From: a virus
IMG/VR virus record: IMGVR_UViG_3300009124_000002
Coordinates: 55,004 to 119,003 of that record
Direction: 5' to 3' (one strand)
Length of the DNA stretch: 64,000 nucleotides
Positions 36,201-45,966 of the stretch are shown one piece after another. Position numbers and translations under genes: made by a program. The first letter of the stretch is position 1; every line of letters begins with the position of its first letter. The notes below the pieces were generated by a model, which ran no database searches, was not told where the DNA came from, and worked only from the letters and a program-made list of their open reading frames with translations.

Positions 36201-37132
36201 TTCCACTTCACCTTTACCATCAATTCAGTCAGGCATGCCATCAAATTGATTTCTTTATCAGCCACAAAAGCTGACTTGTAGCTGTAATCAGCGATGATTA
36301 GAATAGATTCAGCAACTGATTCTGTGGTCATATATTGACTTAGATTGTCATACAAAGCTCTGAATGTAACGGTGCCATCAAGCACGTTATTGTTCGCCAC
36401 CCACTTGCGGATGTCGCCAAACTTCTTCTCGCGCAGCATGCCCATCATCTCATGAATAGACTCATCGGATACCGAGATAAGAACGTCTGGGGTAATCTTA
36501 CCTGTGGTGCTGTGCCGTTGACACTCATTCAGAACACGACGCCAGTCAGGAGCGTGTTTCATGATCAGGTCAACTAGAACCTTGGTGTCATACTCAACTC
36601 CCTCTTTCTTGAGGATATCTTCGAGTCGCCGAAGGAAAGTGGCACAAAGCTTTTGTAGCTCGCTTTTCTTGAAGTTGAAGTCAAAACCCGAACACCGGGA
36701 GTGTAGTGGCTCAATGATTCTGTTCTTGAAGTTACAAGTCAGAATGAATCGACAGTTTGCGCTAAACTCTTCAATGAAAGCACGAAGGGCGGGTTGAGTT
36801 GAGTTTGCATTTAGGTAATCTGCTTCATCCAGAATCACAACACGATACCCACCAGTCAGAGACATGCTTGATGCAAAATTTTTGATCTTGTTGCGGAGCG
36901 TATCAATGCCACTCTCTTCAGAGCAGTTCACTAGAAGGTATTCAAGATTCAACTCATTACAGAGTGCCTTGGCGACAGTAGTCTTCCCAAGACCAGCAGT
37001 CCCAGAAAAGAGCATGTTCGGAAGTTCACCTGAACTAACAAACCCCTTGAAGGTGTTCAGGATATCGGCGGGAAGAATGATGTCTTCAATGATTTGTGGG
37101 CGATACTTTTCGACCCAGAGGAATTCTTTCAT
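36197..37132 (-). CDS. gp44: Clamp loader large subunit
   Basis: LWVEKYRP, GTAGLGKTT, ILDEAD, IEPLHSRC. Confidence 0.95.
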   Translation of the reverse strand: MKEFLWVEKYRPQIIEDIILPADILNTFKGFVSSGELPNMLFSGTAGLGKTTVAKALCNELNLEYLLVNCSEESGIDTLRNKIKNFASSMSLTGGYRVVILDEADYLNANSTQPALRAFIEEFSANCRFILTCNFKNRIIEPLHSRCSGFDFNFKKSELQKLCATFLRRLEDILKKEGVEYDTKVLVDLIMKHAPDWRRVLNECQRHSTTGKITPDVLISVSDESIHEMMGMLREKKFGDIRKWVANNNVLDGTVTFRALYDNLSQYMTTESVAESILIIADYSYKSAFVADKEINLMACLTELMVKVKWK

Positions 37133-37205
37133 ATTGTAGTATTATATCAAAAAGGTTGGTGGCTAGTCAAGAGACTAGTAAGGCTACCACCATCACCATC
37201 CCATA

Positions 37206-37517
37206 TCAGTCAGCACCTTCAGCGGTGACTTCTTCTCCTTGTTTTGCTTGCTCCTCTACCTCTTCTTCAGTGGTTGCCTCAGTCTTTGGAGCATTCTCCT
37301 CCAAAAATGCTTGCAGACGTTCACCAAGGGTTCCTACGTTTTTCAACTCATTGAGTTCAAATGCACCACGACGGGATGCTGCTTTAAGAACTTCAACGGT
37401 GAAAGCAATATCACTCAAAGAGATACTTGCCTTTTGTTCCTTTGGTTCCCATCCATCCTTTACGGTGGATGCCCCTTCTTCCACTTGTTCTGTTTCTTTA
37501 TCCATATCTTTATCCAT
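37206..37517 (-). CDS. Conserved acidic hypothetical protein
   Basis: ISLSDI...ASRRGAFE..EL..VG.L.ERL..FL. Confidence 0.6.
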   Translation of the reverse strand: MDKDMDKETEQVEEGASTVKDGWEPKEQKASISLSDIAFTVEVLKAASRRGAFELNELKNVGTLGERLQAFLEENAPKTEATTEEEVEEQAKQGEEVTAEGAD

Positions 37518-38184
37518 TGAATGTTGATGCCTTATCCACTGCGATGAAGTATTCAACTTTGGTATCGTCAGCAGTATTTGCCCATTTACTTATAAGCTTT
37601 GAACTAATTTGAACCAGATAGTCGCCAGCCACCAAGGACAAGTTGTTGAGGTCAAAGTGCATGTCAAAGGCAACTTTGCTCTCATGATCAAGTTCAATGC
37701 TGAACTCATTTGAAGACTTGTCCTTATCGTTCAAGGTTGAAAAACGAGTCTTTCCTTTACCCTTAGAATGAATATGGCAAAAACTACACCCAAGAGTGCG
37801 AGCAGCTGTATCAATAGTCTGCCGATCAGGGTGAGTGATAACCAACTCAACATCAACAGATGGCAAGGCGATATCCTTCGGGGGAGTCTCGAGAGTTGCC
37901 GTCTCTGCTCTGGTATAGCGCACTCGCTGATTCCCAGACTTCATGATCACTAACCTGTCATCAAACTCAAGGTCAGCGTCATCAAGGATCTTGTAAATCG
38001 CTAGGAAGTTCTTGAGATTGTAGATACCAAACTCTTGTGGGAAGGTTTCTTCAATAGTAGCACTTCCGAGGACAGTGCGTGAACTGGAGATGGTCTTGAG
38101 CGTGGATCCCGGTTTGATCAGGATATTGTCGTTAATGAGAGAGAAGTTCTCGAGGATTCGTTTAGTGTTATTCGATAGTTTCAT
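37510..38184 (-). CDS. gp45: Sliding clamp
   Basis: MKLSNNT..ILENFS.IN, FGIYNL..FL, GDY.V.IS, YFIA. Confidence 0.9.
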   Translation of the reverse strand: MKLSNNTKRILENFSLINDNILIKPGSTLKTISSSRTVLGSATIEETFPQEFGIYNLKNFLAIYKILDDADLEFDDRLVIMKSGNQRVRYTRAETATLETPPKDIALPSVDVELVITHPDRQTIDTAARTLGCSFCHIHSKGKGKTRFSTLNDKDKSSNEFSIELDHESKVAFDMHFDLNNLSLVAGDYLVQISSKLISKWANTADDTKVEYFIAVDKASTFNG

Positions 38185-38567
38185 ATGTCAAATGTTAACT
38201 GGTTAGGATCTATTGTATCGCAATCTTTAGTTTTGTCAAGTTCAAGCATGAAGAACAAACAACAAGCAGCATGTGCCGCATGATGGTATCCAGATTCAGG
38301 ATCACTTTCTTCTCCCCTTTGTAGTGCCCACATATGTCTTTGTGCGGCAGCAAAGTATCGAGTCCATGCACTATCCAGCTTCTTCCAGTTGTTGGGAGAA
38401 TACTTCTTAGCACCAAAGGTCAAAACCCTGACAGTCTCTTCAAGGGCATGTGGGGGAATCAACGAGTAGTCAGGCTTCTCTGAATCATACTTGGTGCCTA
38501 TCTCATCTTCATCACGAACAAATTGCGTGATTCTGGTGATGATTTGGTTTTGTTGTTTTTTAGTCAT
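38181..38567 (-). CDS. dATP/dGTP diphosphohydrolase-domain protein (DUF5664-like)
   Basis: GTKYDSEKPDYSLIP, VLTFGAKKY..NNW, AAQRH, DPESG.HH.AHA. Confidence 0.8.
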   Translation of the reverse strand: MTKKQQNQIITRITQFVRDEDEIGTKYDSEKPDYSLIPPHALEETVRVLTFGAKKYSPNNWKKLDSAWTRYFAAAQRHMWALQRGEESDPESGYHHAAHAACCLFFMLELDKTKDCDTIDPNQLTFDI

Positions 38568-38571
38568 GGTG

Positions 38572-38604
38572 AAAAAAAGGGAGAGGGGAGAAATCCCCTC
38601 TCCC
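38572..38604 (-). terminator. Rho-independent terminator of the early CobT/CobS/HTH operon
   Basis: GGGAGAGGGGA-loop-TCCCCTCTCCC followed by T7 on the minus strand. Confidence 0.85.
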
Positions 38605-38612
38605 AATCACGA

Positions 38613-38894
38613 TTAGCGCGAGATCTGGTAAACTCCAAACGGAGCCAGCATGTCTCGGTAACCACGGGTCATACCCAAGGCATAACGAGTCACAGTGTGC
38701 CCCTTGGAGTTAGTGCGCTTGTTAGCATAGACATCGACAATCGCCCTCTTCTCAGAGAGATAGGAACGCAAATCGGAAACCGTGGCGGTGGGATTTGCAA
38801 TCTTCAACTGAGTCTTGATCTCCCCGGCAGTGAATTGCTTGCCAGCGGCGAGATGGTTGTAGAGACGTTCGATGTTAGTGGCAGACTTGCTCAT
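38613..38894 (-). CDS. Winged helix-turn-helix protein
   Basis: L..GKQFTAGEIK..LKIANPTATVSDLR, TRYALG. Confidence 0.65.
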   Translation of the reverse strand: MSKSATNIERLYNHLAAGKQFTAGEIKTQLKIANPTATVSDLRSYLSEKRAIVDVYANKRTNSKGHTVTRYALGMTRGYRDMLAPFGVYQISR

Positions 38895-38960
38895 ACTTTA
38901 CTATTTTCTTTCTTGTTTTGTTCTTGTTTGTTAGATTCGATACAACAGGTATCGAAATTG

Positions 38961-40142
38961 TTAGAGAGTTTCATCAACGGACTCAGCGGCAGCAGGGACT
39001 TCATCGCCCAGCTTGTCGTAAAGGTCATTGAAGGAATCCTTGGTATCATTGTCAAAGCGGCGAATGCAGAATTCAATCGACTTCTTCTCATCTTGAAAGA
39101 TGGAGTAGGTCTGGACAATGTGGCAGAGACGACGGGTTGAGATAAACTCTTCAACTCCTCCATCCTCAAAGGTCTTGCGAATCACTTCGCTCCATGCAGT
39201 GAGTTTGTCGGCAAACTTCTCGACCACACACTCAAACTTCTCCATGTGCTTTTTGACAATCTTGGTTTCAACAGCACGGGAAGGATAAGGCTGTTCAAGA
39301 GTTGCAGGGAATCGCTCAAGGAAAGCATCATCGATGATACCAGCAGCACTGTAGCGACCATCATCAGAACCGCGTCCCTTGGTGTTAGCAGTAGCGACAA
39401 CAGTGAAACCAGCTGCGGGAGAAACAACCTCACCAGTCTTCTTGACCAGCACTGGCTTGCCTTCCAGAACACCTTGGAGACACATAATCTTGTTGGTGCC
39501 TCGATCAATCTCATCAATGAGAAGAACAGCACCAGATTCCATTGCCTTGAGAACCGGACCTTTCTGAAAAACAGTCTCTCCATTGATGAGACGAAACCCG
39601 CCAATCAGGTCATCCTCATCAGTCTCAGGGGAAATCTGGACACGAACATACTCACGCCCCAATTGAGCACAAGCCTGTTCGACCATGAAGGTCTTGCCGT
39701 TGCCAGAGAGACCAGCAATGTAGAAGGGAAAGAACTGCTCGCTCTTCAGAGCAGTCTTCAAATCCTTGAAGTGACCCCAAGGGACAAAGGTATCGTCCTT
39801 GGAGGGAATGAAAACGGAGTCATTGATCACAGAGGAAACGCTCGCAGCAAGAGCCATCGATGCAGGAGCCTCTTGAACCGGAGCCGGGATGGTCTCAGTC
39901 TTGCGCTTTGCCCTTGGTGCAGCCTTTGCTTTGGTCTTTGTTGGAGTCCCGAACGACCACTGTCCGCGATCAACTCGAGTCATGTGCTTTGCAACCATGG
40001 ACCTAGCTTGGGGATCAGTCAAACCAAGAGCCATGCCTTCTCGGACTAGATCCTTCAGAGGATAGAGATCAAGATCTCCATAGGCTTTCACGATAGAGGT
40101 CTTCAGGGATTCGAACTGGATGTTGTCTTTAGCGGGTTTCAT
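38961..40142 (-). CDS. MoxR/CobS-like AAA+ ATPase
   Basis: GLSGNGKT, ETDEDDLIGG, LLIDEID, ATANTKGRG, AFLERF, ISTRRL. Confidence 0.9.
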   Translation of the reverse strand: MKPAKDNIQFESLKTSIVKAYGDLDLYPLKDLVREGMALGLTDPQARSMVAKHMTRVDRGQWSFGTPTKTKAKAAPRAKRKTETIPAPVQEAPASMALAASVSSVINDSVFIPSKDDTFVPWGHFKDLKTALKSEQFFPFYIAGLSGNGKTFMVEQACAQLGREYVRVQISPETDEDDLIGGFRLINGETVFQKGPVLKAMESGAVLLIDEIDRGTNKIMCLQGVLEGKPVLVKKTGEVVSPAAGFTVVATANTKGRGSDDGRYSAAGIIDDAFLERFPATLEQPYPSRAVETKIVKKHMEKFECVVEKFADKLTAWSEVIRKTFEDGGVEEFISTRRLCHIVQTYSIFQDEKKSIEFCIRRFDNDTKDSFNDLYDKLGDEVPAAAESVDETL

Positions 40143-40172
40143 AATGTAAGGGTCTTTCAATCTACGAGAGAG

Positions 40173-40252
40173 ATTCTAATCCATTTCAGAGGGCAAGACA
40201 ACCCCTCAGAGCACTTTTTTTCACTTTTTTTTCCATGCGTAAGTTGTTGATT
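40173..40252 (-). promoter_or_regulatory. Early promoter P2 with UP element and IHF-consensus box
   Basis: TTGTCT-N17-TAGAAT; AAAAAAAAGTGAAAAAAAGTGC; AATCAACAACTTA at 40252-40240 equals WATCAANNNNTTR. Confidence 0.8.
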
Positions 40253-40261
40253 TTTAGCGGT

Positions 40262-42385
40262 TTAGGAGATAATGTCCGAAAACACATTCAAAAACCGCCG
40301 AGAATCTTTGCGATTCTTGGTCGAATTCTTGAACTTCTTCATCAAATTCCGAACACTTTTCTTGTCACTGGCATCGAAGGTATCGGAACCAAGATCAAGC
40401 TCATCATCTTCAATCTCAAGTTTGGCAGAATTCATCATGAAATAGTGGTCATACCCAAGGGCATTAGGAGCATGAGCGAATCCCTCTTTTCTAAGACTCT
40501 TCTTCAAATTTTCACCATCATTGATTCTCCAAGTCTGACTAGAAAGGTCGGAACGATTACCAACACGGTATCCAACCAGAGTGATATCAACCTCTTTGCA
40601 AAGTGCCGCAAACATTTGGGTAGTGCTACCGTATCTTCTAGAATCTACCCCACTTCCAAAATCAACGGTAATGCGAGAGGGGCAGCAGGACATTGAATCA
40701 CCATCAGTGAGAAACAGCGCAATCGTTTTCTGAATTCGATGAGTCTTTTGAAAACGTCGAATGATAGCGGCACTGATGACAATTGTTGAATCCAGTGGAG
40801 TTCCATGCATCCGTTCAATGAACGACTGATCACGGAAGTAGCCTTCCGAAACTGGTGCCCATAGCCGAAAACATGCTTCTTCAAACTCACCCTTTTTCAA
40901 GCGAGAGTTGACCAATTCAAAAACATTGGTTGAGGAAAAATCCAATTCGTTTTTCTTCCCAGCGTCACTAGGATTGGCGCAATGACCACAAGTGAACCCA
41001 TAGACTTCAAATGGAATACCAACCTTTTTGCAGAACCAGACCATGTTCAATGTTTGCTCGACAACTTCTTGCATGTATGAACCCATCGAGGAGGAGTAGT
41101 CAACAACCATCACCATTCCATGATCCTTGGCATTGGCAAGATTAGTGACACTCTGAAAGATATCGTCATCAATCTTGTAGCGATGGAGGGCATTCACGTT
41201 CAGACGACCATTACGAGAAACAGTAGCACGTTGATATTGATAAGCCGCCTTTTTGCGTTCGAATTGAGTGATGAGGTATTGAATTTGCTTTTCTTGCTTT
41301 TTCTTGAAGACCTTGAACTTACCTCTCTTTTCTGGACTCAGGAGAACCGCCTCGATCCATGGATTATTCTTTTGATACTCACGACGGGATTCTTTCACAT
41401 CCTCGTAAGAGTGCACCATATCCAGCAAACGCTTGTCAGAAGGAACATATAGAAGTCCTTCAGCATTCTCATCGATATTGTCTTCAAGGTGCTTTTCCAT
41501 TTGCTTCAGCGTATCGCTCTTGAAGTCTTCAAGGTTGCCACCGGAATCACCAGCACCATCATTGATAGAAGAGTCACCATCTTGCTGTTCACCATCTTGG
41601 TCATCGTCAGCATCAGCGGGAGAACCATCACCGTCTTGGTCTTGGTCATCACCATCTTGCTTCTCAGCAGAATCATCAGTCTCGCCTTCTTGCTCCTCAC
41701 CAGAACTGGAAGAATCTTGCTCATCACCATCTTGCTGTTCGCCCTCGCCCCCATCACCGGAGGGAGAATCAGTAACCTCTTCTTCTTCCCCTTGGTCATC
41801 AGTATCACCGGAATCCTCGTTCTGTTGATTCTCTTGGTCTTGCTTGATTGAGGAAACCAATTCTTTGGCAAGGTCAAAGGCTTCCTCTGGAGTCTCAGCA
41901 GCATAGCACCGATCATAAAAGTCCCTTTCCTCATCAGTCAAAGGGACATCAATGTGTTCTCCACACTTGGCATGGAGGTTCACCTTGTCGATCTTCTTCA
42001 TTGAAGAAAGGTCTGCTGGAAGTTCAATAACATCATCCAGCAATCGCTTGCGTCCATTGTGAAAGGAACGAATCAAACCGGGGAACTGCTCTTGAATCTT
42101 TCGCTCAATCCGAATATCCTCAGTGACATTCAGGGCATCGAAATACTCAACACCAACTTCCTCCTTCCACCTGTCGAGTAGATCGACTGGAGTACTCTTT
42201 GCATGAGAAACCTCATGCCCAATCACGTAGTCAAGAAAGTCAGTATCCTTGAAGTCCCACATTGGGAGAGTCAGAATCCGATTCTTTACATCGAAAGTTG
42301 CTGTACGTTGATTGGTCTGACGGACCTCGATATTCTCGGTGGCGAGCAGCTTTGCCAGTTTCGTTTTTGATTCTTTAACTTTCAC
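40262..42385 (-). CDS. CobT-like protein: HExxH metallopeptidase-like domain, acidic linker and vWA domain
   Basis: LAKLLATENI, GHEVSHA, NVTEDIRIE; VDYSSSM (MIDAS), GTPL, LTDG; start moved to GTG 42385. Confidence 0.85.
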   Translation of the reverse strand: MKVKESKTKLAKLLATENIEVRQTNQRTATFDVKNRILTLPMWDFKDTDFLDYVIGHEVSHAKSTPVDLLDRWKEEVGVEYFDALNVTEDIRIERKIQEQFPGLIRSFHNGRKRLLDDVIELPADLSSMKKIDKVNLHAKCGEHIDVPLTDEERDFYDRCYAAETPEEAFDLAKELVSSIKQDQENQQNEDSGDTDDQGEEEEVTDSPSGDGGEGEQQDGDEQDSSSSGEEQEGETDDSAEKQDGDDQDQDGDGSPADADDDQDGEQQDGDSSINDGAGDSGGNLEDFKSDTLKQMEKHLEDNIDENAEGLLYVPSDKRLLDMVHSYEDVKESRREYQKNNPWIEAVLLSPEKRGKFKVFKKKQEKQIQYLITQFERKKAAYQYQRATVSRNGRLNVNALHRYKIDDDIFQSVTNLANAKDHGMVMVVDYSSSMGSYMQEVVEQTLNMVWFCKKVGIPFEVYGFTCGHCANPSDAGKKNELDFSSTNVFELVNSRLKKGEFEEACFRLWAPVSEGYFRDQSFIERMHGTPLDSTIVISAAIIRRFQKTHRIQKTIALFLTDGDSMSCCPSRITVDFGSGVDSRRYGSTTQMFAALCKEVDITLVGYRVGNRSDLSSQTWRINDGENLKKSLRKEGFAHAPNALGYDHYFMMNSAKLEIEDDELDLGSDTFDASDKKSVRNLMKKFKNSTKNRKDSRRFLNVFSDIIS

Positions 42386-42392
42386 GAGAGAC

Positions 42393-42479
42393 ATTCTGCC
42401 TGAAATCTCGATATCAGACAACACTTTTAGAGAACTTTTTTACGTTACCGTTAAAGGTGTTGATTTTCAACAACTTACG
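42393..42479 (-). promoter_or_regulatory. Early promoter P3 with inverted IHF-like boxes
   Basis: TTGTCT-N17-CAGAAT; GTTGATTTTCAAC palindrome at about 42459-42471. Confidence 0.75.
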
Positions 42480-44185
42480 ATCATCTGAGAGAAGTGATTT
42501 GGCTTCCGAAACTCGATTTTTCGCTCGAACTTGCCTTCCAGAACATCCTTTTTGTGTGAAATCACGAACACCCGAGTGTCTTCATCCAGCGTCTTGAGTA
42601 TCTTCTGAAGGTTTTCAACTCCATCCGTATCCAGCGAAGAATCGAAAATCTCATCCAGAATCAGGAGATTGGTGTTCACGCTATTCTTCATCTTGGCGAC
42701 CTGACGCCAAGCAAAGAGAAGTGCCAAATCAATTCTCTGTTTTTCACCTTCACTGAATGAAGCATAGGCAAAGTTGTCTCGATGCCTTGAGCGAATGGTT
42801 TCATTGAATGCTTCATCAAGCTGAAACGAAACGAAGAAATCCAGAACACCAAGATACGAATTGATCAATCGATTCATGACCGGGAGATACTGACGAATCA
42901 CTTTGGTTTTGATTCCGGTATCCTTGAGCATCTCTGCAATCACTTCATTGTATCTCTTGGCATCCATCTCAGATGCCCTTTGATTTAGCAATTCATCCTT
43001 GGCGTTTACATCAGCAAGTAATGCTGCTTGTGCCTTACTCACATCTGCACCACTATTGTTCTGAATCTTGGATTGAAGTTTTGAAATTTGATTTTGGTAT
43101 CCATCAATTGCTCGATTGTTTGCTGTAATACTGTGTTTTACCTGAGTAAGATCTGTATGCACGACGTTGATCTTTTCGATCTTATCTGAAATTTTACTTA
43201 AGGTATCTGTGGCAAAATCATAAGCATCCTGAACTCCATGGGCTTTGACCTTCAACTCATCGAGCTTTACTTTCTTAAACACATCATCAATTGATTGTGT
43301 ACAAGTTGGACATTGTGAATTTTCTTCATACATCTTGATCTGTTTGCCAAGATCTTTCATTCGATGCCGAACCTCTGATTTAGATTCTTCTATCTTTTGA
43401 TTTTCTTCCTTAAGAGTCTTCATCTCAGTAAGCACACTTTCGATATTCCTATCATAATGCTCTTGAAGATTACTATTCTCTCCCATCAGTGCATCGATGT
43501 GAGATTGGAGCTCTTTTACATCTCTCTCATATTCATGAACCTTTTGTTCATCAATCCCCATCAATTCTTGAATATGATCAGATTGAAGTGATATGCGACT
43601 CTTGAGGTTTTCAACCTTTGTTTCCAGCCCATCAATCCTGCCACGTAAAGCAAGGTTGCGTTCCTTTACCAATCCATTCATCTTCGTGAAGATACCGATA
43701 TCCAGAAGGTCTTCAATGACTTCTCTTCTGGCATTTGCAGACAACTGCATGAATGGAACGAAGCTACTTGAACCAAGAACGACCACCTGATGAAAGGTTT
43801 TGTGATTCAATTTCAAGATGTTCGTTTCCAGCACCTTCTGGTAATCCCGTGAATGCGATTCCTGATTCATCAGTTTGCCGTTCAACCAGATTTCAAAAGT
43901 GTTTGGTTTGATACCACGAACAACTTTGTATTCCGCACCACCAACAGAAAACTCAACTTGAACTTCACAGTTCTTTTGGTTGATGCTGTTCAGCAGTTGA
44001 GGCTTATTGATGTTGCGGTGAGGTTTCCCAAACAGTGCAAAACTCAATGCATCCAGCATAGTGGATTTACCGGAACCATTGGAACCAATCACCAGAGAGG
44101 AACGGAATGCCTCAAGATTGATTCGTGTTGGTGTATCGCCAGTGCTTAGGAAGTTTTTGTATTGTATAGATTTAAAGCAAATCAT
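42467..44185 (-). CDS. gp46: Recombination endonuclease subunit, SMC/Rad50-like
   Basis: GSNGSGKST, CPTC zinc hook, FSEGEKQRIDL, LILDEIFD, ISH. Confidence 0.95.
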   Translation of the reverse strand: MICFKSIQYKNFLSTGDTPTRINLEAFRSSLVIGSNGSGKSTMLDALSFALFGKPHRNINKPQLLNSINQKNCEVQVEFSVGGAEYKVVRGIKPNTFEIWLNGKLMNQESHSRDYQKVLETNILKLNHKTFHQVVVLGSSSFVPFMQLSANARREVIEDLLDIGIFTKMNGLVKERNLALRGRIDGLETKVENLKSRISLQSDHIQELMGIDEQKVHEYERDVKELQSHIDALMGENSNLQEHYDRNIESVLTEMKTLKEENQKIEESKSEVRHRMKDLGKQIKMYEENSQCPTCTQSIDDVFKKVKLDELKVKAHGVQDAYDFATDTLSKISDKIEKINVVHTDLTQVKHSITANNRAIDGYQNQISKLQSKIQNNSGADVSKAQAALLADVNAKDELLNQRASEMDAKRYNEVIAEMLKDTGIKTKVIRQYLPVMNRLINSYLGVLDFFVSFQLDEAFNETIRSRHRDNFAYASFSEGEKQRIDLALLFAWRQVAKMKNSVNTNLLILDEIFDSSLDTDGVENLQKILKTLDEDTRVFVISHKKDVLEGKFERKIEFRKPNHFSQMIVSC

Positions 44186-45255
44186 TATGCAGCATCAAGT
44201 GTCTGTGCCTCATTGTAGAAGGACTGAAGGATTGCCTTGATTCTCTCCTTGTCGAGATCCGTCTCAATTGCATCCACGTAGGAGTCCAGCAATGTTGAGG
44301 TATCCTCAAGTGAGACTGAAGTATCCGAAATGGCATCGCCCGTGAACTCTTCAAAGCTCTCAATGATTTTAAGATCAAATGGCTCATGCGACTGTATTGT
44401 ATCTATAAACTTGTCAAACTGAAACGGGTCTTTCTTATTGACCACTACCACCTTCACAAAGCAGTTCTTGATTTCATCTGAAGGCGGAACGGGTTGCGTT
44501 TTCGAATCATCAAATTCAACTCGATGAAACAGACGATGTGGATTCACAATTCTTTCCAGTGAACGTGTCTCGGTATCCAAGACATGAAATGCTTTCTCAT
44601 CAACGGCATCACTCCATGTCAACTGATATTGTGTTCCCAGATACTTCACATTGTCCTTCTCACTCGCAGTGTGATAGTGACCACTCAGGACCATCTCGTA
44701 ACGAGAAAAGAGTTTATGATCCATGCCATGACTCTTGATATCTGCATTACCAAGATACTTGAATCCCTCAAGTTCAAGATGACCCATCAAGATAGGGGCA
44801 GCGGCAGTCTTGACAAACTCCATGCATTGCTCCTGATTGTCTTCGGTAATCCAAGGGAGCATTGCCACATCCAGACCAGAATCAAAGTGAAGGATTGCTG
44901 GTTCCATGTGGACCTTGATGCAATCGTAATGAACCAACTGCTCTGTCAGTGAACAAAGGTCATTGGTATTCTTCCAGTAGACATCATGGTTACCGGGAAC
45001 GATATGCATCGTGATACCAAGTCTTTCAAGTTGGTCTATGAACATCTCACGATTCCGTTTCAGCACCTTGTAGTTGACAAACTTGCGATGCTCAAAGTAA
45101 TCGCCCAGATGAAGGATGGTCTTGATGCCATTCTCCTCACAGTAAGGAAAGAAGACATCACAATAGAACTTCTCCATGTAATCAAGGAAGATATCACTTC
45201 CATTCTTTACACCAGAGTGCGTGTCGTTTAGGATTGCAACTTTGTTACTTTGCAT
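44185..45255 (-). CDS. gp47: Recombination endonuclease subunit, Mre11-like
   Basis: NDTH.G, HLGDYF, GNHD, GHLE, SGHYH. Confidence 0.95.
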   Translation of the reverse strand: MQSNKVAILNDTHSGVKNGSDIFLDYMEKFYCDVFFPYCEENGIKTILHLGDYFEHRKFVNYKVLKRNREMFIDQLERLGITMHIVPGNHDVYWKNTNDLCSLTEQLVHYDCIKVHMEPAILHFDSGLDVAMLPWITEDNQEQCMEFVKTAAAPILMGHLELEGFKYLGNADIKSHGMDHKLFSRYEMVLSGHYHTASEKDNVKYLGTQYQLTWSDAVDEKAFHVLDTETRSLERIVNPHRLFHRVEFDDSKTQPVPPSDEIKNCFVKVVVVNKKDPFQFDKFIDTIQSHEPFDLKIIESFEEFTGDAISDTSVSLEDTSTLLDSYVDAIETDLDKERIKAILQSFYNEAQTLDAA

Positions 45256-45273
45256 ATGAAGTATTCAAGCAGT

Positions 45274-45324
45274 TCATGGAGTGGTCTTACCCGACCCCGG
45301 TTGTCCAAAGATGGAGATAATCAT
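45274..45324 (-). pseudogene. Remnant of a P-loop kinase gene (16 codons)
   Basis: ATGA-coupled to the gp55 stop; reads MIISIFGQPGSGKTTP*. Confidence 0.6.
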
Positions 45325-45896
45325 TTCATGAAAGGCTCAAGGGTGTTCTCATTGGAAGCGAGTTTCTTTTTCTTACGAACCTTCTTTCCAAACTCCTTGA
45401 TCTTGGAATCCCTATCACGAATCTTATCAGCACGGGAACGAAGACGTTCTACGATACCCTGACCCTGAACCATATCACCATCAAAGTCACCAAAGTTCTC
45501 GATGCCAGCATGTTCCTTGTAGAGTTCCTTGATATCCTGATGTTTCTTTTCTTTGGAGATCCTACGCAGAAAGGCATAGTAGGATATCTGTGTGAAATAA
45601 GCAAAGGCGTTGGGGTTACCAGTGCGAGTAGTCTTGGTTACATCGTAATTGTTGATTGCTTTAATGCAATTCTCTACTGCATCACTAACCATTTCATCAC
45701 GGTAGGTGTAGCAAGCAAAATTGGGTTTATGGGAAAGACCTTCTGCAATCTTGAGAAAGCAAGTTCCGATATATTCAGTAACGATAGGAGCAGATTTACC
45801 AACTTCCTTTGAGGCATTTACGGAATTGACATACTTAACCACTGCACCTGAGAATTCTTTGTTGTTAACATAATGATTCGGTTTTTCATTTTTCAT
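45321..45896 (-). CDS. gp55: Late-transcription sigma factor
   Basis: HYVNNKEF, KIAEGLSHKPNF..YTYRDEM.SD..ENC, NAFAYFTQI.YYAFLRRI.KEKK. Confidence 0.95.
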   Translation of the reverse strand: MKNEKPNHYVNNKEFSGAVVKYVNSVNASKEVGKSAPIVTEYIGTCFLKIAEGLSHKPNFACYTYRDEMVSDAVENCIKAINNYDVTKTTRTGNPNAFAYFTQISYYAFLRRISKEKKHQDIKELYKEHAGIENFGDFDGDMVQGQGIVERLRSRADKIRDRDSKIKEFGKKVRKKKKLASNENTLEPFMK

Positions 45897-45902
45897 GCCT
45901 CT

Positions 45903-45931
45903 ATTCTATACCATATCAGAGTATCCGACAA
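45903..45931 (-). promoter_or_regulatory. Sigma70-type promoter of gp55
   Basis: TTGTCG-N17-TAGAAT, 6 nt before ATG. Confidence 0.75.
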
Positions 45932-45937
45932 GGGGGC

Positions 45938-45966
45938 TTGTCTTGCCTTGACTTGTAATGTATAAT
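45938..45966 (+). promoter_or_regulatory. Divergent plus-strand sigma70-type promoter, antisense to the uvsW operon
   Basis: TTGTCT-N17-TATAAT with extended -10 region. Confidence 0.6.

Noticed and set aside
38181-38567. Z-genome (2-aminoadenine) or 7-deazaguanine system
   Set aside because: No purZ, datZ, dpdA, folE or queCDE genes in the window; the hydrolase alone is insufficient.
41540-41850. Short repeats (CACCATCTTGCTGTTC) in the CobT-like gene
   Set aside because: They encode the ordinary low-complexity D/E/G/Q linker of this family.
38961-42385. CobS/CobT as cobalamin biosynthesis supporting the B12-dependent RNR
   Set aside because: The motifs fit a generic MoxR AAA+/vWA pair common in T4-like phages; there is no cobN or other cob gene.
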